Shown here: positions 1 to 9,694 of the stretch, piece after piece
Layout: every line of letters starts with the position of its first letter
Position numbering within the stretch: the stretch's first letter is position 1
Origin: Candidatus Daviesbacteria bacterium
Lineage (GTDB): Bacteria; Patescibacteriota; Microgenomatia; Daviesbacterales; UBA10151
DNA: 64,000 nucleotides
Direction: 5' to 3'
NCBI GenBank assembly: GCA_028687915.1
Contig: JAQTZF010000001.1
Coordinates: 802,634 to 866,633 of the forward strand
The notes under the pieces: generated by a model
Databases searched by the model: none
Told to the model about the DNA's origin: nothing
Seen by the model: only the letters and a program-made list of their open reading frames with translations
Translations under genes and position numbers: made by a program

Positions 1-1
1 C

Positions 2-1099
2 ACCAGAAATCTGGAAGAGGTTTTGACTGAAGAAGAATTAAAAAAACTTATAGAATCAGGTACCCCTTTAAAACATTATATCGGCTATGAAATTTCCGGA
101 AAACTACATATTGGGCATTTTTTTACTTTGCTTAAAGTAAAGGACATGCAGGATGCGGGAGCAGATACCATTATCTGGATGGCTGATTTACACTCTGCTA
201 TAAACGATAAGCTTGACGGAAATTTGGAAACTATCTCCAGGTTGGCAAAAGAATATTTTGAGCAAACTATGAAAGTTTTGTTCAAATCAATTGGGGGAGA
301 TCCGGAAAAACTGGATTTTCAGCTAACTTCTGAAACATATGCCAAAAATCCAAGTATTTGGCAAACTCTTTTGGAAATCGGCAAAAACACATCACTTTCA
401 CGGATAATGAGGTCAATTACTATCATGGGTAGGGAAGAAGCTGACGGCATAGATTCAGCCAAGATTATGTATCCTTTAATGCAGGCTGCTGATATATTTT
501 TGCTTCAGGTAAATATTGCTCAAGCCGGATTAGATCAAAGAAAAGTGCATGTAATTGCTATTGACTCTGCCAATCAGGTAAAAACAAATGCTATCAAGGA
601 CAAGAATGGTAAAACCATTAAGCCAATTGCAATTCACACCCCAATTTTACTTGGCTTAACTCCACCTGAAGCAGTTTCAGAGAATTTATCTGATGATGAA
701 ATTGCCATGAAAACCAAAATGAGCAAGTCCAAGGCTGATTCTGGAGTATCTGTTCATGAAACACCAGAGGATATTAGAGCCAAAATTAACAAGGCTTTTG
801 CACCAGAAGGAGAGACAGAAAATAATCCAATTTTAAACTGGACTAAACATCTGATTTTTTATTATCCTGACTCAAAACTGGAAATAAAAAGGGATGAAAA
901 GTTTGGAGGAAATGTAACTTATAACTCTTATGAAGATTTAGAAAAAGATTACCAGGATAAGAAACTGCACCCAATGGACTTAAAAAACGCAGTTGCTGAA
1001 TGGTTGATTAAAACTATGGAACCAGTCAGAACCTTTTTTGAAGATCCAAAAAGAAAAGCATCTTTAGAAGAAATAGAGAGTTTAGCCTCAAGAGCCTGA
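2..1099 (+). CDS. tyrS: Tyrosyl-tRNA synthetase, archaeal/eukaryotic-type class I (5' end probably outside window; annotated start is TTG at 23 but the frame stays open to the window edge)
   Basis: HIGH motif (KLHIGHFF), ADLHS, LDQRKVH and KMSKS motifs; colinear with M. jannaschii and human TyrRS. Confidence 0.75.
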   Translation, partial: TRNLEEVLTEEELKKLIESGTPLKHYIGYEISGKLHIGHFFTLLKVKDMQDAGADTIIWMADLHSAINDKLDGNLETISRLAKEYFEQTMKVLFKSIGGDPEKLDFQLTSETYAKNPSIWQTLLEIGKNTSLSRIMRSITIMGREEADGIDSAKIMYPLMQAADIFLLQVNIAQAGLDQRKVHVIAIDSANQVKTNAIKDKNGKTIKPIAIHTPILLGLTPPEAVSENLSDDEIAMKTKMSKSKADSGVSVHETPEDIRAKINKAFAPEGETENNPILNWTKHLIFYYPDSKLEIKRDEKFGGNVTYNSYEDLEKDYQDKKLHPMDLKNAVAEWLIKTMEPVRTFFEDPKRKASLEEIESLASRA

Positions 1100-1300
1100 T
1101 TGATCTATACCCAAAGCCTTCTTTAGAGTCTTAGTAAAATTTGAAATACGTTCTTGCGCATTTTCTACAGAGAAACGTTTACTTCCCTGGGGAAGAGGTA
1201 TTGGTTCTGCATCGGAAATAACCTCAGGCTCGACTTCTGCTTTATGGACAGCAGTAAAATTATGCTCGTGATGCGGATGAAAGCTATCATGGTTTGGCAT
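1088..1300 (-). CDS. Hypothetical His-rich small protein (70 aa), convergent and 12 nt overlapping with tyrS
   Basis: ORF only; N-terminal HDSFHPHHEHNF; no SD seen. Confidence 0.2.
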   Translation of the reverse strand: MPNHDSFHPHHEHNFTAVHKAEVEPEVISDAEPIPLPQGSKRFSVENAQERISNFTKTLKKALGIDQSGS

Positions 1301-1352
1301 AAAAGAAATATAACTATATAATTTTTATCTGACAAGAGTTAAAATAAAAATC

Positions 1353-1457
1353 ATGATGTATTCAAAGAAATTTAGAGTATTTTGGATTATTTTATCTGTT
1401 GTGGCAGGAGCATCTATTTTGCTTTTTTCCTTGCTTCCTCTTTTAACTACACTCTGA
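1353..1457 (+). CDS. Candidate 34-aa hydrophobic peptide MMYSKKFRVFWIILSVVAGASILLFSLLPLLTTL
   Basis: ATG ORF with basic N-terminus and one TM-like segment, immediately followed by a palindromic repeat; below the ORF-track cutoff. Confidence 0.2.
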   Translation: MMYSKKFRVFWIILSVVAGASILLFSLLPLLTTL

Positions 1458-1472
1458 ATTAATACACCACGC

Positions 1473-1544
1473 GTCATCCTGAGGAACGAAGTGACGAAGG
1501 ATCTATTCTATTAACGAGATTCTTCGCTTATCGCTCAGAATGAC
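1473..1544. repeat. Copy A of a ~70-bp imperfect palindromic repeat (nested stems GTCATYCTGAG/CTCAGRATGAC and GAAGRATC/GATYCTTC)
   Basis: Reverse complement nearly identical to 54793-54860 except in the central loop; sits between convergent genes. Confidence 0.65.
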
Positions 1545-1552
1545 AGAGGGGA

Positions 1553-2233
1553 TTAAGCTTTTAGCATTTTAGCTATAAAGATAAATAATAAATCTATAGT
1601 AATTGGAATTAACAATAGTAATGAGAAAACCTTAAATAATTCAGATAAATTTGGAAAATGTAGTGCTCCTAACCAATTTAAAAAAGGAATTAAAAGATTA
1701 GAAAAATATAAAGCTCCAAAGAATGAGAATAAAATAATAAAAGTCACTATAAATAAAGCTAAAGCTCCTTCCATATCTTTTTTACTGGAAAACATGGTAT
1801 TAGCAATCTCAAATACCACAAAAACAACTAAAGCTAACTGCCACCATGGAGTTTCTGAGCTATAAAATTGCAGACTGGTAAATAAAAGTGCCAGTATTAT
1901 AAACATCCCAAAAATAATCGGGGCTGCCCCAATAAAGAATCTTTTAACAGGTTCTGTTTCAGCTATTTTAATACTCCCAAATCTTACCTCATCTCCATCA
2001 ATCTCCGGAAAAATACTAATTTCTCCGGAAGGCACAAGAAACATTCCTGCAATAAGCATGTGTGCAAGCTCATGAACCAATGTTCCAGGTAAAAAGATTA
2101 CTGCTAAAGCATTATAAGTAAATATCCTGCTGTGGCTGATTCTATATAACAAACGAGCTAAACTATTTGTTAAAGAACGGGAGAAAAGAAACAAAAATAA
2201 TATTTCTAAAACAAAAATCAAAAAGAAAATCAT
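1553..2233 (-). CDS. Polytopic membrane protein with intramembrane HExxH (LVHELAHMLIAG); putative membrane zinc metalloprotease (M50 / DUF3267-like)
   Basis: HExxH inside a hydrophobic segment; multiple TM helices. Confidence 0.45.
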   Translation of the reverse strand: MIFFLIFVLEILFLFLFSRSLTNSLARLLYRISHSRIFTYNALAVIFLPGTLVHELAHMLIAGMFLVPSGEISIFPEIDGDEVRFGSIKIAETEPVKRFFIGAAPIIFGMFIILALLFTSLQFYSSETPWWQLALVVFVVFEIANTMFSSKKDMEGALALFIVTFIILFSFFGALYFSNLLIPFLNWLGALHFPNLSELFKVFSLLLLIPITIDLLFIFIAKMLKA

Positions 2234-2261
2234 ATATCCAGTATATTGATCTCCACCTCTC

Positions 2262-2290
2262 TTGACAACACTATATTAATAAGAAATACT
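2262..2290 (+). promoter_or_regulatory. Candidate sigma70-type promoter (TTGACA-17-AATACT) for the 2309-11668 operon
   Basis: Perfect -35 hexamer at 2262-2267, 4/6 -10 at 2285-2290, in a divergent intergenic region. Confidence 0.3.
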
Positions 2291-2308
2291 GAGTATATAC
2301 AATAATTT

Positions 2309-2671
2309 ATGGATAATACTTTGGCTAACATCCCACCAGAAGTTATAAGCTATCTGGATAATCTTTTAAGAGAAGCAAATATTACCCCTGTTGATGAAAC
2401 AATGCGTGAACAATTATTACTCGAGCTATATGCCAGATTAGATAGCTTTATTACCACCACCATTGTTGAAAATATGGATCCACAAAATTTGGATGCATTT
2501 ATTAAATTAAATGAGGAAAATCACCCACGGGAAGAGATAGAAGCTTTTATCAAAGAAAAAATGCCGGATGCAGATCAGGTTTTTGCCAAAGCTTTTATAG
2601 ATTTCCGCGACCTCTATTTAGGAAATACAGGAGTCGAAGTGCCTCAAACTGAAAATCCATCAACTAATTAA
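2309..2671 (+). CDS. Small acidic hypothetical protein (120 aa), first gene of the operon
   Basis: ORF; its stop lies 3 nt before the next start. Confidence 0.5.
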   Translation: MDNTLANIPPEVISYLDNLLREANITPVDETMREQLLLELYARLDSFITTTIVENMDPQNLDAFIKLNEENHPREEIEAFIKEKMPDADQVFAKAFIDFRDLYLGNTGVEVPQTENPSTN

Positions 2672-2674
2672 CTT

Positions 2675-5600
2675 ATGTTAACATCTGCCGAAACCGGAAT
2701 AGATACATCTGCTGAGGCTGGAGCAAAACCAGAAATTACACAAGAAAAAGTTTTAAAAGATTTCAGATATGCAAAAGAAAAGTACAAAAGAGAAGTTGGA
2801 AATAAACCTAAAGCAGAATTAACCGCAGATGAAATATTTGATTTAAATGCTTTTAATGGTGCATTTGAAACAAATGAGCACCGCATTGGTGCAAATTTTG
2901 AAAAAAACAGATTTACTTACACAAACAAAATTACCAATCCTAATGGTGGACCTGATATTGAACAAGAAGAAGGTGTGCCCATAGAAGGAATGCTAAACTT
3001 CCTGGAAAAAAAGCTAAGTATATCAAAAAGTAAAGCAGAGAGGGACAAAATTGAAGAAGTATTAAAAACGTTAAAAAATCCCGATGTTTCAAAAACCTAT
3101 GAAGAGGCTCATGAGAACCAAATAATCGATATCCAGCCTGGTGAAACAGATGATCCTATTATGTTTGCCAGAAAAAGGCAGGAAGCTTTATTTGCTTCAA
3201 AAGACCACCGGGCAACGGGCAATATGCTTGAAAATTACAATGCAGGATTAGCTACCCTTAAAAGACGTAGAGAGTTGATAATTCCACCTAAAGTTGCAGC
3301 TACAGTGCCTGCAACAGGCACTGGATCCACCACTGCCCCAATTGCTGCACCACCAGTTACTACTGCAGGCCCAGAAGGAACCAGTATTATAGAAGCAGCT
3401 GAAGAATCTGAAGATGATTTAGCAGATACAGAAGAGGATACAGCAGCTGTAGAAGATATAAAACCAGCAGTAGCAGAAGGCACTGGAATTCCCGGGGACA
3501 CAATATTGCCTGAAACTCTAGAAACAGCTGAGGAGGATTCTGAAGAAGAAAATGCTCCTGTAACGTCAGAAGGTAATTTAGAGCCGGAGATATCAACAGA
3601 GCGAGGCACAAACACAACAGCTCAAACCCGAGGAAGATACGAATTTGGTGTTATCAGGGATGATGATGTAATTGATAAAAATGCCAGCTTACAAGCCAGA
3701 AAAGATTTCCACGAAAGAATTAGCAAGGGAAGATGGTTTGAATTCTGGAGATGGCCGGAAAAAATCGCCTTAAGGCTTAGTGAAGGTGGAATAGAAAATA
3801 TTCAGCAGGAAAAGCTTAGAAACGCCTGTATTGCAAATGGAGTTTCATTTTTAGATATAAAACAAATAAAAAGTGCTATAACTGAGGCAGACAGGATTCA
3901 ATCTAATGAACGACAAGAATCCCTCTTGGAAAGATTTGCAGCAGGAAGAATTGTTAAAAGAGAAGATGATAAAAAACCAATAATCGAAGAAAAAGTATTA
4001 TTGGCAGAAGATTCTCCTCTTAGGGCAGCTTTGTTAAGCGACATTATTAAGCCTGTGGTAGATGGCGAGATTACTGGTTCGCGCACTGAACAACAAAAGC
4101 AGATTCAGGAGAAATTAGCTGCAGTAATTAAAAAAAATCTCAATGATCCAAAAGTAAAAGAAATCTTTGGAGCAGAAGCCAGTGATTTTGGTTATGTTGC
4201 TGAATATTTTGCCACAGACCTTCTTGAAAAAAGCCTGGCAGTCAAAGAACAAATGGAGTTTCATAAAGAATCTCTGGAACAAATATCAGCTTATATAGAT
4301 ATCCATATTGGAATTGCCAGAGATCAAAGCAATACAGATACCAGAAACACTGTTGATAGGGCTGTAGCATGGGCTAGAAGCAGACAAAATGATCGAATGT
4401 TTACTAAGGGAGTACAGGAAGTAGTAGGGAATAGGGGATGGATTTTAAATCCTGCTGTAGTGGGTATAGCTACCAGCTTAGCAACCCATGGTTTATTAAG
4501 CAGTGTCGGTTTTGGAGGAAGAGTAGCTGGAATAGCAGCACCTATAGCTGGTGCTATGGGAGGTGCTGTTGTGGCTGGAGCCAGAAGGTATTTTGAAATC
4601 GGCGGTGACAGAAGAATGCAGGAAGCGGAACTTTCCATGGGAGAAGTACTTCCGGAAAAACGCCATGCCACAGACCGTATCGGAAAATGGATGGAACGAG
4701 CTATGGGTGGATACCGCAGAGAAGACTTGCTTCAATATAGATATGATTCTGTTAAGACAAGTGACCTTATTAATGGCAGCGGGGAAATTAATAATATATT
4801 TGACACAGATAGCACTAATCCAAAGAGAACGCTTAAGAGCGTTGACCAGTTGTTATCCCAACCTTTGGATATTCCAGCTGGAATTGATGATACTACCAAG
4901 GAAATAAGGGAATCTAATAGAAAAGCTGTTGCCGAAAGAATGGAAGAAATTCGTCTTAGAATTAACAGAGGTAAAAGACAAAAAGTTGATTTACTCACAT
5001 TCTCTGACAAAACTCAGGTTAACCAGGAGCTTAATGCTTTATATGATGCTGCAGATAAATTAGAACAGGCATTAACAGCTAGTGATGCAGATGTGGCAGC
5101 ATTAAAGTTTTTTGCTGACACCGCACTAAATGATGCCTTTGATAGAGATAAAAAACTAAAAGACAATGGTTTTAGAGGCTATAGAGCAAGACAAGCTGCT
5201 GGTGCAGCAGTTTTTGGAGGAACAGTAGGACTTGCAGGAGCACTAACCACAGGAGTCTTTTTACAACATGGAGCAGCAGAAATAGCCAGGCATAACCCAG
5301 GTATTTCTAAAGTACCTATTATTGGTGGGTTATTTCAACCAGGACAAACAGCGCTTGAAAAAACTGCACATAATATAGGTACAGTTTTAGGACATCCAGA
5401 AATAGGCACAGGACCAGCCAGTGTTGATACTTTCAAAGATATGTTTGATCACGGAGGCAGGGTAAATATTGGCAATACCACTCTTGAAGCAAACCCAGAC
5501 CACACTGTTACTTTTTTTGATCGAAACACAAACCAGCCACTTTCAAACATACCAAAAACATATTTGGAAGCTGATGGTAAATTAATTGTCCCTGGAAATA

Positions 5601-6079
5601 TTGGTGACTTACCTGGAGAAATGCACAGTTGGGCTCACAGTGAAACTTTTGAACATTCTATAAGACAACAAATTCAGGAAGCAATGGCAGTTAATGAAGT
5701 CACTAAAATTGATATTGGTGAACTTACAGTTGGTATCAAGGGTAATGAAGTACATATTTTAACAAGTGACCAAATAGATCCTATAACAGGGAAACTTATA
5801 CCAGGACAGAAACCTTTGATTGGAACAATTGACCAAAACTCTAACTTTCACTTTACCGGAGCTACTTCAGAAGAAATTAGTAAAGTTCAGGCAGAATTAG
5901 CAGCCCATGGTTTTAAAACCCAGGTTGAAGATATTCCTGGCAAATCTGAAATAAAAGGAGTCATAGATCATTTCAAGGAAAAAGGTATGGTTGAAAAGGC
6001 CAATAGGCTTTTTTGGCATGATAACAACACCACAATGCACTTAAATGCACAGGGAATTCTGGTGGGTGCAAGATGGTAA
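2675..6079 (+). CDS. Giant hypothetical membrane protein (1134 aa) with an acidic/Pro-rich linker and two Gly-zipper TM regions
   Basis: Long ORF; TM-like segments GWILNPAVVGIATSLATHGLL…AGIAAPIAGAMGGAVVAGA and AAGAAVFGGTVGLAGALTTGVFL. Confidence 0.6.
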   Translation: MLTSAETGIDTSAEAGAKPEITQEKVLKDFRYAKEKYKREVGNKPKAELTADEIFDLNAFNGAFETNEHRIGANFEKNRFTYTNKITNPNGGPDIEQEEGVPIEGMLNFLEKKLSISKSKAERDKIEEVLKTLKNPDVSKTYEEAHENQIIDIQPGETDDPIMFARKRQEALFASKDHRATGNMLENYNAGLATLKRRRELIIPPKVAATVPATGTGSTTAPIAAPPVTTAGPEGTSIIEAAEESEDDLADTEEDTAAVEDIKPAVAEGTGIPGDTILPETLETAEEDSEEENAPVTSEGNLEPEISTERGTNTTAQTRGRYEFGVIRDDDVIDKNASLQARKDFHERISKGRWFEFWRWPEKIALRLSEGGIENIQQEKLRNACIANGVSFLDIKQIKSAITEADRIQSNERQESLLERFAAGRIVKREDDKKPIIEEKVLLAEDSPLRAALLSDIIKPVVDGEITGSRTEQQKQIQEKLAAVIKKNLNDPKVKEIFGAEASDFGYVAEYFATDLLEKSLAVKEQMEFHKESLEQISAYIDIHIGIARDQSNTDTRNTVDRAVAWARSRQNDRMFTKGVQEVVGNRGWILNPAVVGIATSLATHGLLSSVGFGGRVAGIAAPIAGAMGGAVVAGARRYFEIGGDRRMQEAELSMGEVLPEKRHATDRIGKWMERAMGGYRREDLLQYRYDSVKTSDLINGSGEINNIFDTDSTNPKRTLKSVDQLLSQPLDIPAGIDDTTKEIRESNRKAVAERMEEIRLRINRGKRQKVDLLTFSDKTQVNQELNALYDAADKLEQALTASDADVAALKFFADTALNDAFDRDKKLKDNGFRGYRARQAAGAAVFGGTVGLAGALTTGVFLQHGAAEIARHNPGISKVPIIGGLFQPGQTALEKTAHNIGTVLGHPEIGTGPASVDTFKDMFDHGGRVNIGNTTLEANPDHTVTFFDRNTNQPLSNIPKTYLEADGKLIVPGNIGDLPGEMHSWAHSETFEHSIRQQIQEAMAVNEVTKIDIGELTVGIKGNEVHILTSDQIDPITGKLIPGQKPLIGTIDQNSNFHFTGATSEEISKVQAELAAHGFKTQVEDIPGKSEIKGVIDHFKEKGMVEKANRLFWHDNNTTMHLNAQGILVGARW

Positions 6080-9000
6080 GGAATTGCAGTTTTATCACCA
6101 CCTTTTACCCGGTGAAACTGTTGATTTGGATATGAGCAAGATGATTTCCCAAATGACTCCAGCAGGAGGGGTAAATTGGGATAACACCATTGATAGCCAA
6201 TATAGTCACCTTATGAATGACATCACAACCAACCCTGATGGAACCCACAATTACAAGAACTTTGAATTTTTAATTACCCCAAATGATGCTGCTGATAATG
6301 CCAGAGATATAATAAAAATTACCGTAGGGGCTGATGGACATGCACAAATCCCCAAAGGAGTAGATTTACACCAATTTTTTGATACCAAAAGTGGTGATGT
6401 GAAGCAATTAGCAAGGTTTATAGAAGTAGCTCATGTAGAAGCAGATGGGTCCAGAACAATTATTTCTACCTCAGTAGGGAAGGGAATTGATAATATTTTA
6501 GTAGAAGGTCCAGGTACTCATACTCTTAATGCTATACCCCCACTTGCTAAAGAATTAATCCCTCCATCATTTGAAGCTCCACCAATCATCCCAATCCCAT
6601 TCGCCCCAAGACATCCTTTAGAAGAAATTGGAGAGGAGGAGATAGGAGGAGGTTACTACCCTGAGGGAGTATTTCCGCGCGGAACAAGAATTGCAGACGT
6701 AATAAGAAGAGGAAGGGGAATCCGACGAGGACACTCGCCATATGAACTTTCAGAAAGAGACATAACCATTGATCATGAAGAAGGAATGGCTGCCTTAGCC
6801 GAGTTGAGACAGTCATTTGAAAATACTGATGGAGTTTATGTTGTTTTAGGTGGTGCTATAGGGGATGCTGTTATTAGTACCGCTTATATCAAAGGCATTC
6901 AACAAGCTCTAAACCAATCTGGAAAGAGTATACCTTTGACAATCATGGTAAGCCAGGATCAGGGAGATCTTTACGATGCTTGGGGACAGGGAAATATCAA
7001 AATAGTTAAAGTAGCTAGAAATAGCGGTTTGGCTGAAGCAACATCTGCGATTACCGCTTCTAGCTTAAAGAATCCTCTTATTTTTGACTTTGAACATGCA
7101 AGAGCTGCAAATCCTACTATTGAAATAGAGGAAGTAAATAATCAAAAAATCACAACCGTCGCAAATCTCTTAATCCCGGCAGTACACCTTTATAATAATG
7201 GCTCAGATAGTGAAAAAAGATATTCAAAATTCATTGAAGAATTATTGTCCCTTCCTGAAAACTCAGTTGATCCGCAAATTGCAAAACCAACAATTGAGCT
7301 GCCAAGTAATAAAGATCAACTCTATGAAAACCTTGCAAATCGTTGCGGAATTGATACTAATAATCCAAATCAAATTTCAATTATTGTAGAAGGATCACGT
7401 CCGGGAAAACGCTATGGTATGCAAAATTGGGCAACTGTCATTACTGAAATACAAAAACAATATCCCAACTATCAGTTCAATGTCCTCTTTAACAAACAAG
7501 ATAGACGCGTCGGTTATACAGAAGATGATATTAGAACAACATTAACTAACGCTGGTGTTATAAATAGCTGTCATTTAGTAGATGGCACTTTAATGGAGCT
7601 AGCAGTTCTTTTGGAAAAACAAAAGTTAACACTTACAAATGATAGTGGGCTTGCACACATCGCAGGTGCACTTAAAAATGGCCCTAGTGTAGTAATGCTA
7701 TTTTTACCAAAAGATTCGTCAGTAAACATGTGGGCTTCAAGCAAAAAGCACATACCTATAGCTTTATCAAAAGAGGAAGAACAAAATCTCAGTAATGTTG
7801 ATATTAATGATGAGAATGAAGACCGTAAATTAATGAATAAAATCCCTCCTGAAAGGATAATTCAAAAAGCTCTTGAAGTATTAAACTCACAACCTACAGC
7901 AATCTCAACACCAGCACCACGAAGAAGTACTGGAACAGGAGCTCCTCCGACCATAGATAATACATTTAGTCCTGGTACACCTGCTTATAATGCCATGGAA
8001 AATCATTCAGAAGCAGAAAGATTATTACCAGTTTGGCGAAACCTTTTACAAGTAAAAACTACAGGAGATCCGACTCAATTAGAAGAAACTATAAAAACAA
8101 TTGAAGCAAAGTGGCCAGATTTAGCAGCTTCTACTACACCACAAACGACACCAGCATCTACACAGCCAGTTGTAACAACACCTCCTATCGCGATAACTGA
8201 TGAGGAATTGGCAGCAACAACTCCAGAAAATCCTAATATCAACCCCTTCCGTCGCACACAATTAGCAGCCTGGAATTCTTTCGAAAACCATAGGGAAGCC
8301 GAACGATGGTTGCCAGTATTGAGAAACATTTTACAAGAAGGCGCTGAAAGGGATCCAGATCAATTAGAAAAAGATATAAAAACAATTGAAGCAAAATGGC
8401 CTGATTTGGCAATAACAATTCTGCCAGCCCCTACCGTAACCGCATCAGGAGGTCCAGCCCAGTCAAAAATGTCAATTTGGGGAAGAGAGATTCCTAGAAC
8501 TTTCCAACCTGACAGCTCAGGTTCTTTACCTCGCAGCATGGGAGGCAACCGTTATGATCTGGATATGAATGGAAATTTATACATCGACGAAAGACCAGCC
8601 TCTGAAAAAGAGGTCGAAGACTTCAATAAACTTCACCCTCATCCCAGAGGACTACAAGCCCGCGTTCCAATACTAGCACCACCAACAGCTGAAGAGTTAA
8701 ATGCTCCCGCACCAACCAAACCCGGAGGAACTTTACTTGTAAATCTACCAAGACCTGCCCCAGCTCCAACAACACCTCCAATAGCAATAACTGATGAGGA
8801 ATTGACTGCAGCAACGCCGCCAGAGCAACCACCTGTCGCAACCTCACCTTTACCTCAACCCGGTCCAAGACAAAGAGTTCTTCTGACAAATATGCCAAGA
8901 CCTACTGTTATTCCACCAACTCCAGCACCAACAACTGAACCCAATGAATCAGTTACTTCAGCTAATAATGAAGAAACTCTTAATATCAGTGAAGAACAAT

Positions 9001-9689
9001 CAAGGGTAATTAATAGTATCCAAAGGATTGCCCCTCAACTAAATCAAGAGAAAATACTAGAATTTATTGCAAGAGCCCACACTATAAACCCAAGCAGTAT
9101 TCTTAAAACCACCAGTTTATTAAGTGAAGAGTTAGCCATAGAAGAATTTATCCGCGAGTGGGAGACTGAATCAACTGCAGGTAAAACGAACGATCCGCTT
9201 GAAGTATGGCTAAACAATAAGCTTACTGCAACTGAACCAACACCTGTTGAAAACACAAGTACACCAGCTGCTTTTGAATTTACAGAGGAACAAAAAGCTC
9301 AGTTTGAAGATCAAAAAGAAAAAATTGCTGCAACTTTAGAAACTAATGGAATAATGGATGATAATAATTTAGGGGAGCTTTACCAAATTTATAATTTAAT
9401 TACAGATCAATGGTCTTTGATTGATATAGAACCTGCTGAAGATTTAAAAGAGCTTGCTACTTCCATTTCAGATAGAATCAAAGGAACTGATGATAAATTT
9501 AAGTTAGCTGGTCTTTTGGCTAACCTCTTTTCCAATCCTGATGTTCAAACCAAATATCCTGACTTAAACGATTACTTTAATAATAGATCCATTGATACTG
9601 CGGATCAAAGAGCTATTGTACGTAGACAGTTCTTTGAATTTATGTACTCCTTAAAAGCTGTTAATGATCTTGTCTCACCTCAGCCTTAA
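6045..9689 (+). CDS. Giant repeat-rich protein (1214 aa) with an embedded GT9 (heptosyltransferase-like) glycosyltransferase domain (about nt 6807-7725); start uncertain, may be a frameshifted continuation of the previous ORF
   Basis: GT9 motifs VVLGGAIGDAVIST, EGSRPGKRYGMQNW and LTNDSGLAHIAGALKNGPSVVMLF; Pro/Thr-rich C-terminal repeats. Confidence 0.6.
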   Translation: MHREFWWVQDGKELQFYHHLLPGETVDLDMSKMISQMTPAGGVNWDNTIDSQYSHLMNDITTNPDGTHNYKNFEFLITPNDAADNARDIIKITVGADGHAQIPKGVDLHQFFDTKSGDVKQLARFIEVAHVEADGSRTIISTSVGKGIDNILVEGPGTHTLNAIPPLAKELIPPSFEAPPIIPIPFAPRHPLEEIGEEEIGGGYYPEGVFPRGTRIADVIRRGRGIRRGHSPYELSERDITIDHEEGMAALAELRQSFENTDGVYVVLGGAIGDAVISTAYIKGIQQALNQSGKSIPLTIMVSQDQGDLYDAWGQGNIKIVKVARNSGLAEATSAITASSLKNPLIFDFEHARAANPTIEIEEVNNQKITTVANLLIPAVHLYNNGSDSEKRYSKFIEELLSLPENSVDPQIAKPTIELPSNKDQLYENLANRCGIDTNNPNQISIIVEGSRPGKRYGMQNWATVITEIQKQYPNYQFNVLFNKQDRRVGYTEDDIRTTLTNAGVINSCHLVDGTLMELAVLLEKQKLTLTNDSGLAHIAGALKNGPSVVMLFLPKDSSVNMWASSKKHIPIALSKEEEQNLSNVDINDENEDRKLMNKIPPERIIQKALEVLNSQPTAISTPAPRRSTGTGAPPTIDNTFSPGTPAYNAMENHSEAERLLPVWRNLLQVKTTGDPTQLEETIKTIEAKWPDLAASTTPQTTPASTQPVVTTPPIAITDEELAATTPENPNINPFRRTQLAAWNSFENHREAERWLPVLRNILQEGAERDPDQLEKDIKTIEAKWPDLAITILPAPTVTASGGPAQSKMSIWGREIPRTFQPDSSGSLPRSMGGNRYDLDMNGNLYIDERPASEKEVEDFNKLHPHPRGLQARVPILAPPTAEELNAPAPTKPGGTLLVNLPRPAPAPTTPPIAITDEELTAATPPEQPPVATSPLPQPGPRQRVLLTNMPRPTVIPPTPAPTTEPNESVTSANNEETLNISEEQSRVINSIQRIAPQLNQEKILEFIARAHTINPSSILKTTSLLSEELAIEEFIREWETESTAGKTNDPLEVWLNNKLTATEPTPVENTSTPAAFEFTEEQKAQFEDQKEKIAATLETNGIMDDNNLGELYQIYNLITDQWSLIDIEPAEDLKELATSISDRIKGTDDKFKLAGLLANLFSNPDVQTKYPDLNDYFNNRSIDTADQRAIVRRQFFEFMYSLKAVNDLVSPQP

Positions 9690-9694
9690 TCAAC

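Noticed and set aside
3235-3617. Minus-strand ORFs of 126 and 76 aa inside the giant gene
   Set aside because: Antisense to the acidic/Pro-rich linker of the 1134-aa ORF; their composition mirrors that low-complexity region.
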